This document shows, one piece after another, positions 42,011 to 50,661 of a DNA stretch of 64,000 bases. The stretch is from Nitrosopumilus sp. (lineage in GTDB: Archaea; Thermoproteota; Nitrososphaeria; Nitrososphaerales; Nitrosopumilaceae): assembly GCA_965247045.1 (NCBI GenBank), contig CBDFGF010000006.1, forward strand, positions 144,870-208,869, read 5' to 3'. Each line of letters starts with the position of its first letter. The first letter of the stretch is position 1. The notes under the pieces are model-generated. The model saw only the letters and a list, made by a program, of their open reading frames with translations. It did not search any database and was not told the origin of the DNA. The position numbers and the translations under genes are program-made.

Positions 42011-42554
42011 TCAAGTTGTTTGCTTGTTGCATTTCAACTGCTTTGTTTCTAATTCTGTCTATATCTATTGAATGATACATGGAAGGAGAAGTGCCTAATT
42101 TTTCTAAAACTCGACGTAGCATTCCAATTCCGATACTTAGATCGTTTTCTTGAGCATGAGCAAATGCAACTGCAAATAGAATAATTCCATTAATAATTTC
42201 TTTTTCTCGTCCAAAACACTTTTTCCAAACACCTTCAAATGCCTCATGACATTCCCAAAATCTTTCATTGTTAAAGTAGAAAATTCCATCTTTGATACCT
42301 TGCTCTTTATCGATCTCTTCTTCGAAGACATGTCTGATATTATCTATAGGACCAATTGAGGATAGTTTTTCAACAAGTATATCGAGGTCCTCTTTTTCAA
42401 CCCCTACGTCGAACTCTACAAATTTTGTGGCAATTCTGGCAACTCTTACTGACACATTCATATCAGATGTAAGATCTCTAGCCTTGCTAATTATTTCACG
42501 GGAATGTTCAGGAGTATAGCCTTTATTTTTGAAATGTAACATATAGCGTTCCAT
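41994..42554 (-). CDS. DUF309-domain protein
   Basis: FNNERFWECHEAFEGVW. Confidence 0.85.
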   Translation of the reverse strand: MERYMLHFKNKGYTPEHSREIISKARDLTSDMNVSVRVARIATKFVEFDVGVEKEDLDILVEKLSSIGPIDNIRHVFEEEIDKEQGIKDGIFYFNNERFWECHEAFEGVWKKCFGREKEIINGIILFAVAFAHAQENDLSIGIGMLRRVLEKLGTSPSMYHSIDIDRIRNKAVEMQQANNLTIFEI

Positions 42555-42637
42555 ACCATTTGTTTGTAGGAATTTCTTAAATTTCTTTTCTAAGTACAAT
42601 CAAGGTTTATATGAAATATCCAAAGGATTTTGGGTAC

Positions 42638-43042
42638 ATGTCCATTATTGAGACCGTCACAGACGTAGATAATACATTTCTGTCTAGAAGAGAGATAACA
42701 TGTAATTTTGCAGGATTAGGAGGCAAACTCAAAAAACTTGAAGCAGTGGATATGATTACTAAGGAATTCAAACTAGATGGCAAGGTTGTAATTCCAATGG
42801 GATTAAAAACGCATGTAGGAAGACCAACAATTACAGGAACTTTCTATGTTTATGATGATGAAGGATTAGCAAAAAAGCATATCGATCCTACAATTTTTTC
42901 AAGACTAGAAAAAACAAAACTGGAAGAAGCTAAAACATCAACAGAAGAAGCTCCTGCTAAGGAAACACCAACTAAAGATGCAGAAGTAAAAGCAAATGAA
43001 TCAACAGAAAAAGAATCCAAAGAAGAGGAAAAATCTGAATAA
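42638..43042 (+). CDS. rps24e: 30S ribosomal protein S24e
   Basis: N.FLSRREI, KTHVG..VY; precedes S27ae. Confidence 0.9.
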   Translation: MSIIETVTDVDNTFLSRREITCNFAGLGGKLKKLEAVDMITKEFKLDGKVVIPMGLKTHVGRPTITGTFYVYDDEGLAKKHIDPTIFSRLEKTKLEEAKTSTEEAPAKETPTKDAEVKANESTEKESKEEEKSE

Positions 43043-43215
43043 TGGCAGGTAAGAAAGGCTCAAGCCCAAGTGTTTACAAATATTTCAAAGTAGATGGAGA
43101 TAAAATATCAAGAATTAGAAAGATTTGTTCAAGATGTGGTAAAGGTGTATTTATGTCAGAACACAAAGACAGACACGCATGTGGAAAGTGTGGACTAACA
43201 GAATTTAATCAATAA
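43042..43215 (+). CDS. rps27ae: 30S ribosomal protein S27ae
   Basis: Manual translation: ..[42 protein letters not shown]. Confidence 0.95.
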   Translation: MAGKKGSSPSVYKYFKVDGDKISRIRKICSRCGKGVFMSEHKDRHACGKCGLTEFNQ

Positions 43216-43229
43216 AAAATTATTTAACT

Positions 43230-43937
43230 TTAGTAAATTCTTTTTTTGCGAATTTTAGAACTTTTTTCTTCTAATTGTTCAATTTTTGAAATAAAAGCAG
43301 GAACTAGTTTAATTTTAGAAAGAGATTCTACAGATAATTTTACAGTGTTAGTATCCAAGGAGATATTGGATTTAGGAAGATTTCTGTCAGCCCAAAACTT
43401 GATGACCTTATCTTCAAGTTTAAAATCACGAAAACCAGCAGGGAATTTTTTTGTGATATGATCTAATAAAGTACGATCTTTGAAGACTACTCTAGGTTCA
43501 AACAGCCTAGTTTCATCACTGTAAACATTTTCAAATAAATTTCCAGAAATTTCGTCTGAAAGTAATTCCATCTTTGAAATTTTTCTCATTAATTCCAGAA
43601 AATGTAAGAATTCATGTGCCAAAATTGCATGAATTGTTCCCTTGAGGCCATAAGCAACCAAAGGTGCAGAAATCTGGATTACAACCTGAAATTTTTCTTC
43701 AAACATCACAGGAATTGTTCTTGCAAACAAGATTCCAAACTCATAAGAATTGGGGTGAGGAGATGATATTACAAGAGAAGGTTCCACGTAAGCAGCAGGA
43801 AACTTAATTCCTGAGGCTTTTTCAATTCTATTTATTCCTGCAACAGCAATAGGAAATCGTTCTATTGTAAGGTCATACACATCATCAGGAATTATTTTTT
43901 TAGAATGTGCTTCTTTCAAACGTACTAATGGATCCAA
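43230..43937 (-). CDS. Conserved hypothetical protein with HExxH motif
   Basis: ILAHEFLH. Confidence 0.75.
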   Translation of the reverse strand: MDPLVRLKEAHSKKIIPDDVYDLTIERFPIAVAGINRIEKASGIKFPAAYVEPSLVISSPHPNSYEFGILFARTIPVMFEEKFQVVIQISAPLVAYGLKGTIHAILAHEFLHFLELMRKISKMELLSDEISGNLFENVYSDETRLFEPRVVFKDRTLLDHITKKFPAGFRDFKLEDKVIKFWADRNLPKSNISLDTNTVKLSVESLSKIKLVPAFISKIEQLEEKSSKIRKKRIY

Positions 43938-43979
43938 TGTTTCTCTTCGACAATTTTGAATGTAAAAAGGTTGATTTGG

Positions 43980-44078
43980 CTAGGATCTAGGTTTTCCAGA
44001 TTTTGCTTTCTTTTTTCTACGTGTGTCAGCTCTTTGATCAGCATGTCTTTTGTGTTTACCTTTTTTTCTTATTGGCAT
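43980..44078 (-). CDS. 32-aa highly basic microprotein
   Basis: MPIRKKGKHKRHADQRADTRRKKKAKSGKPRS; fills the gap between co-oriented genes. Confidence 0.65.
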   Translation of the reverse strand: MPIRKKGKHKRHADQRADTRRKKKAKSGKPRS

Positions 44079-44112
44079 GTTTTTTTACAATTTTAGCGTT
44101 AGTTAATTGTTA

Positions 44113-45258
44113 TCATTTTACTTTGATATCAAGAAAATCAAATTCTTGGCACTTACACGATGTATTAAGGATTTGAGAAATTCCAGGTGAAACATCATCA
44201 CTATTTACAAATCTCTTTACTGGAAGTCCTCCTTCAGCTGTGATAAACAAGGTAAAGGCATGCCTAGAATTCTTTTTGTATTTTACAGAGAAAATTTTCT
44301 TCTCAGAGCGTTTTCCAGATTTTTCATAAACTACTATTGGATGTTTTGGGAGATCTTTTAATTTTTTTAGATTTTTTGAATCAATTTCATCTTCAGTAGA
44401 AATTTTTAGATCTATTGATGAATTGAATTTAAGAGGTGTTTTGGGAGATTCTGGGACAATTTTGAGATTAGTAATTTTAAGAGAGTCAAATGTCACAGAA
44501 GTTAATTTGGAATTTCTTTTAAGAGGATTTTTAATTTTAACAAAAAACGGTCTGCCAGTACCTAAAACCAGACTAGATTTGTCTTCACCACCAATCCATG
44601 TAAATTTAGCAGTAGAACCGCCAAATTTTTTAAAAAGGAATTGAGAAATTATTCCTTCAATACTATCAAATTCTAAGATTCCATGAAAATTGCAAATTCT
44701 ACATCCTTTTCCAGAACAATTTTCACAAGACTTTTGCTTTTGTGAAACTCCTCTTAAGGTTTTGATATATCTACCAGAAAGAGATATTGATTTTGAACGC
44801 ATTTCACAAGATTCATCTTTCAAGTTTACTGTAAAAGTTACATCTGGATCCAAAAAATCAATAATCTTTTTTGTTTTTCTGGAAAATAATTTTCGCAATT
44901 CATTTGATATATCAGCCTTTACGCTATCAATTCCTTTTAATTTGTATTTTGAACGAATGTAATCATCTCTATCAATAACAGAAGGTTTGATCATAGCCCC
45001 TACACTAAATGACGAAAAAGAATAATTTAATGATACATCAAGCATCAATTTCAAAAAATGATTTAGATTGTCAAACAGATTTTTACAGATATAGCACTTT
45101 TGAGTAGAGTTTAGATTTTTTCCAAGTTTTTTTCCGAGAAGTTTGTTTGATGAAAGATGTAGTTGTTTTGAGAATAATCTACCTAAACAACTCTCACACA
45201 ATTCATATTTTTTTAGGATTTGATTTGCAATAGGAAGGATTTTTTGATAATCAGATAT
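44113..45258 (-). CDS. pus10: Pus10-like tRNA pseudouridine synthase (divergent active site)
   Basis: CESCLGR, CYIC, GRY.K..RG.SQ, GGEDKSSLVLGTGRPF; frame is open upstream to an ATA at 45258. Confidence 0.85.
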   Translation of the reverse strand: MSDYQKILPIANQILKKYELCESCLGRLFSKQLHLSSNKLLGKKLGKNLNSTQKCYICKNLFDNLNHFLKLMLDVSLNYSFSSFSVGAMIKPSVIDRDDYIRSKYKLKGIDSVKADISNELRKLFSRKTKKIIDFLDPDVTFTVNLKDESCEMRSKSISLSGRYIKTLRGVSQKQKSCENCSGKGCRICNFHGILEFDSIEGIISQFLFKKFGGSTAKFTWIGGEDKSSLVLGTGRPFFVKIKNPLKRNSKLTSVTFDSLKITNLKIVPESPKTPLKFNSSIDLKISTEDEIDSKNLKKLKDLPKHPIVVYEKSGKRSEKKIFSVKYKKNSRHAFTLFITAEGGLPVKRFVNSDDVSPGISQILNTSCKCQEFDFLDIKVK

Positions 45259-45284
45259 GCTAGAAGAAAGTTTGGCGTGTAAGT

Positions 45285-46610
45285 TTATCCTAATCCCATT
45301 TTTCTAAGTGTGCCTTGCATTTGGCGTCCTTTGGAAGCCTTCATCATATTCTTTGAGTTTTTGTAATTTTTGATAAGTTCTTTAACTTCACCTTCTGGCC
45401 ATCCAGAGCCACGAGCGATTCGTTTGATTCTTGATGAATTAAGCAAGTCAGGATCTGCTTTTTCACCTTTGGTCATACTTTGAATGATGTATCTCCATTT
45501 TGATACTCTGTCTTCCATCTGATCTAGTTGATCATCTTTTACCATTCCTGAAAAACCAGGCATGCTCTCAAGAAGCCCTTTCAAGGAGCCTACTTTAGTA
45601 ACTTCTTCTAATTGGTAAAAGAAATCATCCATATTCATTTTTCCACTAGAGATTCTTTTCATTCTTACATCATCGCCTTCTTCTTCTAATCGTTTTGCCA
45701 AATCCAATACGGCTTGCACATCACCCATTCCAAGCAATCGTCCAACAAATCGTGTAGGAGAGAATTTTTCTAGATCATCAATTCGTTCACCAGTACCAAT
45801 GTACATTATTTGTGCACCAGTAGCTGCTGATGCGGCAAGTGCGCCACCACCTTTTGCAGAGCTATCCAATTTTGTAATAATTACACCACCCACAGGGATA
45901 GTTTTGTGAAATGCTTCTGCTTGATTGTAACATTGTTGTCCAATGGTTCCATCAATTACAAGTAATGCTAAATCAGGTTCTGCAACTTTGTTAATTCTAG
46001 CCATTTCTTCAAGTAAGTCTTTCTCTTCTTTGTGACGGCCAGCTGTATCAATTAGAATTATATCTAATGGTTGTCCTTCAAAATGTTTTAATCCATTTTT
46101 TACAATGTTAGGAGAATCTTTGTTGTTTTCTTCACCATATACCTCAACATTTGATTTTTCACACATTATTTTGAGTTGAACTAACGCACCAGGTCTGTAG
46201 GTATCAGCGCCCACAACTCCAACTTTGTATCCTTGTCTAGTCAAAAACTTGGCAAGCTTGGATGTAACAGTAGTTTTACCACTACCTTGAATTCCAAGCA
46301 AAATCAGCTTATTTTGTTTTCCAGGTTTAAAATCAAAGTCAGATTCATTTCCTAGTAATTTTGAAAGTTCGTCATAGAGGATCTTTACAATGTGATCCTT
46401 ACGTGAAAGACCAGGAGGAGGAGTCTCGTTTAGTGCTTGTTCTTCTAGTTGTTTTGTAATTTCAAGAACTAATCGGACATTTACATCGGATTGCAACAAT
46501 GCCCTTTGAACATCCTTAGAAAGTTCTTTGATAAGTTCCTCATCTATGCCTGAAGACTTGATAATCTTCTTGATTGCAGCACCCAAACTATCCTTAAGTC
46601 CTTCAAGCAT
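45285..46610 (-). CDS. srp54: Signal recognition particle protein SRP54
   Basis: GIQGSGKTT, DTYRPGA, DTAGRH, TKLD, Met-rich M domain. Confidence 0.97.
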   Translation of the reverse strand: MLEGLKDSLGAAIKKIIKSSGIDEELIKELSKDVQRALLQSDVNVRLVLEITKQLEEQALNETPPPGLSRKDHIVKILYDELSKLLGNESDFDFKPGKQNKLILLGIQGSGKTTVTSKLAKFLTRQGYKVGVVGADTYRPGALVQLKIMCEKSNVEVYGEENNKDSPNIVKNGLKHFEGQPLDIILIDTAGRHKEEKDLLEEMARINKVAEPDLALLVIDGTIGQQCYNQAEAFHKTIPVGGVIITKLDSSAKGGGALAASAATGAQIMYIGTGERIDDLEKFSPTRFVGRLLGMGDVQAVLDLAKRLEEEGDDVRMKRISSGKMNMDDFFYQLEEVTKVGSLKGLLESMPGFSGMVKDDQLDQMEDRVSKWRYIIQSMTKGEKADPDLLNSSRIKRIARGSGWPEGEVKELIKNYKNSKNMMKASKGRQMQGTLRKMGLG

Positions 46611-47292
46611 TGTAATTCAATCCCGCATCCATTATTTCAAACCTTCCTCTATATCCATCCCATATTTTTTTGGATTGATTGATTTTGACCGAATTTGAAA
46701 AGAGAGGGCAATCAATCACAAATGTTTCTGCTTCGCCTCCTTCAAAGTTTAAGTTGAATCCAAATTTGTCAGACAATTGTCTTAAAGTTTCAATATCAGA
46801 TTTTGTGATTGGTTTTCCTAGCCAAGTGTCATCTAAACCATCAGAAGAGACAGTTATCATAATAAAAACAAAGTTAGAGTCTAGTAAATCGTTCATGTAT
46901 TGTTCTGGTTTGGCATTCCATAATGGTGTAACTGCAATCAAATCTAATTTTGAGCAAAGAGTTTGAAATTTTTCTTTTTGAAATTGACTTTGAATTCCAC
47001 CATGAACCAATCCTTCAATATGGAATTGTTCTTTAGCATTTTTCAATAAAGTCTCTAGTGCAAATAATTCATCATCAGTTTCATCAGACTCAGAATGAAT
47101 AGTTAATTGAGGAATTTTCATAGATTCGGATTGTAATTTTGTCCATTGCAAATTGGGATGATGTAGTAAATGACTTTCTTCAGATTTTGCAAAAACACTT
47201 AGAAGACATGTAACCTTATGTCCTTGTTTTTGTGCCAGATAGATAGCATAAGTGCTGTCTTTTCCACCTGAAAAAAGAGAACCTAGATTCAT
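46603..47292 (-). CDS. dph6: Diphthine--ammonia ligase
   Basis: FSGGKDS, PLW, EGGEAET. Confidence 0.92.
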   Translation of the reverse strand: MNLGSLFSGGKDSTYAIYLAQKQGHKVTCLLSVFAKSEESHLLHHPNLQWTKLQSESMKIPQLTIHSESDETDDELFALETLLKNAKEQFHIEGLVHGGIQSQFQKEKFQTLCSKLDLIAVTPLWNAKPEQYMNDLLDSNFVFIMITVSSDGLDDTWLGKPITKSDIETLRQLSDKFGFNLNFEGGEAETFVIDCPLFSNSVKINQSKKIWDGYRGRFEIMDAGLNYNA

Positions 47293-47341
47293 GATCTAAA
47301 AAATATTCAATTCAACAAACTTTTGAAATTTGTTGAAAAGA

Positions 47342-47404
47342 GATGCTTCATTACTCATAATCCTCATCAAAAGTCAGATGGCTTTTCCGCTCATCATCAG
47401 CATC
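47342..47404 (-). ncRNA. Box C/D guide sRNA; D guide complementary to the tRNA-Met(CAU) anticodon loop
   Basis: Minus strand: GATGCT-G-ATGATGA(C)-GCGGAAAAGCCAT-CTGA(D')-CTT-TTGATGA(C')-GGATTATGAGTA-ATGA(D)-AGCATC, with a 6-bp terminal stem. Confidence 0.88.
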
Positions 47405-47494
47405 CACATTAGCTCTTAATGCGCATGACTTTAGTTATATGTTTTTAAAGTATTTCCTGTTTGTTTCGCATTCATGGCTAACATTTCTTTCTAT

Positions 47495-47573
47495 TTTTTA
47501 CACTGGTAAATCTTCGGGTATTTTCACATTTTTTGTTCCTAAAAAATAGCAAATGACACTAAGATTGAACAGT
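47495..47573. repeat. 79-bp direct repeat, copy 1
   Basis: 76/79 identical to 49545-49623. Confidence 0.9.
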
Positions 47574-47742
47574 ATACGATATTAGAATATCATGCACTGT
47601 CAATGCACGATATTATACATATTCTTGTAATTTAGATTCAGTTTCAATAACTTTTTGTGAAATATTCTTTTTTTGTACCAAATCTCTTTCTTGTCAAAAT
47701 GACTGCTCAGCTGAGTTTGAGGGTGGAAACAGTACAGGAAAG

Positions 47743-47907
47743 TTATGATCTTTTTTTGATTATAAAGACTGCAATCACTATGGATATTGCAATAACTACA
47801 TGGTCAACTATGTCCCAATATGCCAAATCATCTACAATCCTACCAATTATCATAAGCACTGCTATCAGTACTGCCATAATGAAAAATATAACGTTCAGTT
47901 TTACCAT
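47743..47907 (-). CDS. 54-aa two-TM membrane protein
   Basis: MVKLNVIFFIMAVLIAVLMIIGRIVDDLAYWDIVDHVVIAISIVIAVFIIKKRS. Confidence 0.6.
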   Translation of the reverse strand: MVKLNVIFFIMAVLIAVLMIIGRIVDDLAYWDIVDHVVIAISIVIAVFIIKKRS

Positions 47908-48032
47908 AACTTTTACTTATACTATGCACTGACTCTTAAACAATGCTGCATTCTGGTGATCTCAATTGATTTGCATGGTCAATCATAAATAATGACCTAT
48001 AGTAGATTAATGGTTGCAAAGGGGGTGATAGG

Positions 48033-48227
48033 ATGAGCAGAGAAGAAGAAATAAAAGATATGGAAAAATCTGATGAAGGAAGTAAGTTTGTGGTTGAAGT
48101 ATTTCTGACCCCTGAGAATACGATTTATGGAATGTTGGTTAATGATGTTAGTTTTGAATCAAAAAAACTTTTGGGTAAAAAACTTGAAAGTGTCAAGGTA
48201 AATGACATTGAATTGATGAAAAAATGA
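48033..48227 (+). CDS. Small hypothetical protein
   Basis: Strong GGGGGTGA RBS upstream; 64 aa. Confidence 0.55.
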   Translation: MSREEEIKDMEKSDEGSKFVVEVFLTPENTIYGMLVNDVSFESKKLLGKKLESVKVNDIELMKK

Positions 48228-48462
48228 CTTTGAAAAAATCAACGAAAAACAGGATCTGGAAAAAAACCACATAGGATGAGGTGGCAGTTCTGGTAGATTT
48301 TAGTGATCAGATCACCAGAATGCATCACATCCGCATGAGTCAGTTGCACAAAGAAAGTGATTTGTGCAAGGGGAGCACTGATACCCCACAAGCGGCAATG
48401 TCAAAGATGATGATAACCGCAGAACCCACGACGCTTTAGCAAGTGGAGTATGTCAGTATTCT

Positions 48463-48882
48463 CTAGTCTGGTCCTAGTATGGTATTACAACTAATAACTA
48501 CAGGTGGTCCATCAGCAGTATTAAAATTAAGTCTATAAACACTGGTTGTATCAGCTTCTACGTCTATAGTTCTAGGAAGTTCTGACACTATACCTGTCCT
48601 ATCTGCTACTTGTATGATTACTGGCACATCATCTTGGGTAATGCTAGAACTGACTTGAAAAGCAGAAGTATATTCATCACCATTTGGTACACATGCAATA
48701 TTGACGATTTGAATTAGTGGATCATTAATTTCAGCATTCAAATTCTGTGGTGCACCAAGTGATGTATCAAGTGGTGCGTTATCAGATTTGTATGTCATAG
48801 CATAATACATTACATTGCCAACTACAACCACAATTGCAATAACAATTAATGAAACAATGATAATCTTTGATATCTGATTCAT
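48463..48882 (-). CDS. Membrane-anchored hypothetical protein
   Basis: N-terminal TM helix, beta-rich domain with 2 Cys. Confidence 0.7.
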   Translation of the reverse strand: MNQISKIIIVSLIVIAIVVVVGNVMYYAMTYKSDNAPLDTSLGAPQNLNAEINDPLIQIVNIACVPNGDEYTSAFQVSSSITQDDVPVIIQVADRTGIVSELPRTIDVEADTTSVYRLNFNTADGPPVVISCNTILGPD

Positions 48883-49135
48883 GTAAACAAAAATGCAAAT
48901 AAACACATACTTAATAAATCAATCTGCTAACGGTTCTGTTGCATCTTAGTGACCCAAAATATTAATTTTCTCTGAATTGAGAATTTGTGATTATATGTTA
49001 TTTGAGATGATTGTCCAACCATAACAACTTTTTACCAAATTATCAATATAATATAAATTAGTTCGATTTGTTTTATACATTTTTTATTAAGTAAATTAGT
49101 TAGAAATTAATCATTTACCGTTCCTTTGTTAAAGA

Positions 49136-49234
49136 TCAAGGCAACTCCTCATGTCCTCTCTTGTACCATGAGAATTTCCTGTATTCATAGTCAGTTAGTG
49201 GAGTTTCACAACCACATCTACAAAAGGTCTTCAT
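49136..49234 (-). CDS. 32-aa CxCGC..GH microprotein
   Basis: MKTFCRCGCETPLTDYEYRKFSWYKRGHEELP; ATGA-coupled to the upstream gene. Confidence 0.5.
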   Translation of the reverse strand: MKTFCRCGCETPLTDYEYRKFSWYKRGHEELP

Positions 49235-49449
49235 GGAGTAGTTACTTCATTCATCTTTTCACGTAGTTTTTCCTTCCATTTTATCTTTCTTGGTTTGCCT
49301 CTAACCTTGCACCCACAACAAGGACAAAATAGACCATCCCATTTTAGGAAAATATCACAAACTTGACATCTTTTCTGTCCGTTGGCATATCTTCCACCTG
49401 TCATTTTTCCAACAGCTTTATGTCTGATACAGGTTCCTTTGCAGATCAT
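49231..49449 (-). CDS. Thaumarchaeal small zinc-ribbon protein
   Basis: CKGTC..RY..GQKRCQVC..CPCCG..R.KPR. Confidence 0.8.
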   Translation of the reverse strand: MICKGTCIRHKAVGKMTGGRYANGQKRCQVCDIFLKWDGLFCPCCGCKVRGKPRKIKWKEKLREKMNEVTTP

Positions 49450-49544
49450 ATTTACACAAAATTCTCATGACTAATTAAATGTGGATTCTGGCGTTTTCAT
49501 GCTTGTGTGTTGGTGTAATTAACAAACAAAATAACAAACAAAAC

Positions 49545-49623
49545 TTTTTACACTGGTAAATCTTCGGGTATTTTCACATTTTTTGTTCCTAGAAAATAGC
49601 AAATGTCCCTAAGATTGAACAGT
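49545..49623. repeat. 79-bp direct repeat, copy 2
   Basis: Offset exactly 2050 bp from copy 1. Confidence 0.9.
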
Positions 49624-49642
49624 GTATGGATGTATCCATACT

Positions 49643-50185
49643 TTAGTCAAAACAATTGTCTGTTTGAAGATATGGTAATACAGCGGAAAATACAAGAATA
49701 TCGTGTTCCAAATAATCAGGGTCATAGTTTAATGGAGTGCATTGGATCATGAATTCAGTAGTAGAATTTGCAAAAATCATTGCAGTGAGTGATATTCTTG
49801 GCTGTGTTGTTAATGATGGATCAAGTTCAGAATAAATCGACTCATATCTGACGTAATAAGGCACTACATTATCATTAAACTCATTTTTTGGAACCTCTTT
49901 TCCATTTATTGATATAATATCTGCAGGAGAAGAGTGAAAAACCCTGTCTGTAATAGTTATGTTATCATATTTTTGGTGAAATAATCGCACTTCATCATAT
50001 TGCCATAATGTTGCATTCAGATCATTAAGATAAAATATTGGATTAGATTCAGCCACAATATCACTAATAGTATTCACAGAGGGTGTTTCACGTACTGGTA
50101 AAAAGACAGAAAAATACCAGAAAAAAGAAGATGTGACAATAACAAACAGAAATATTCCAATTAATGCGGTTTTGTTTTTATTCAT
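49643..50185 (-). CDS. Membrane-anchored hypothetical protein
   Basis: N-terminal TM helix; 180 aa. Confidence 0.7.
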   Translation of the reverse strand: MNKNKTALIGIFLFVIVTSSFFWYFSVFLPVRETPSVNTISDIVAESNPIFYLNDLNATLWQYDEVRLFHQKYDNITITDRVFHSSPADIISINGKEVPKNEFNDNVVPYYVRYESIYSELDPSLTTQPRISLTAMIFANSTTEFMIQCTPLNYDPDYLEHDILVFSAVLPYLQTDNCFD

Positions 50186-50244
50186 AGTCTAAAACATACT
50201 AAACAATGTATATTTTAATTTTAAAAAAAGATATGTGGGGGAAA

Positions 50245-50387
50245 TTATGTTCCTGCACTTGAAAACCAAAGAATATAGAATTGGTCTTGGGAATTTATTG
50301 CACTTGGATATGCATTAACACCTGGTGGTGAAAATTGTGCATCCATGTAGGACTTTTGATAGTGTTGTCCTTGATATGGTGTGTTTA
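50245..50387 (-). pseudogene. 3' gene remnant cut by a MITE
   Basis: Open frame NTPYQGQHYQKSYMDAQF..FYILWFSSAGT* abutting the MITE. Confidence 0.4.
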
Positions 50388-50527
50388 TGCTGTGTTTCCT
50401 AACATGTTTTTTCGTTAAGATATACCGAAAATCATTACATTAGGATCAAAAATTAACAGTTGTTTTTATTCAAATATTCTTAACTATGACAGAATTAGGT
50501 AAAAATTCATAGTTAGGAAACAAAGCA
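50388..50527. mobile_element. 140-bp MITE with IS903-like type A ends
   Basis: TGCTGTGTTTCCTAAC ... GTTAGGAAACAAAGCA, no ORF. Confidence 0.85.
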
Positions 50528-50661
50528 GACGATAATATTGCAATTAGAACTAGTATGAAAATAGATGCTGGAAAAATATTCCTTTTCATGAATAACATCA
50601 GTGGATCCATTATTTAATACTCGACAACATTATCAAGGTTGGTATTTAATCAGATTCATTT

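Noticed and set aside
47657-47988. Plus-strand ORFs of 91 and 62 aa
   Set aside because: Shadows of the minus-strand 54-aa membrane ORF
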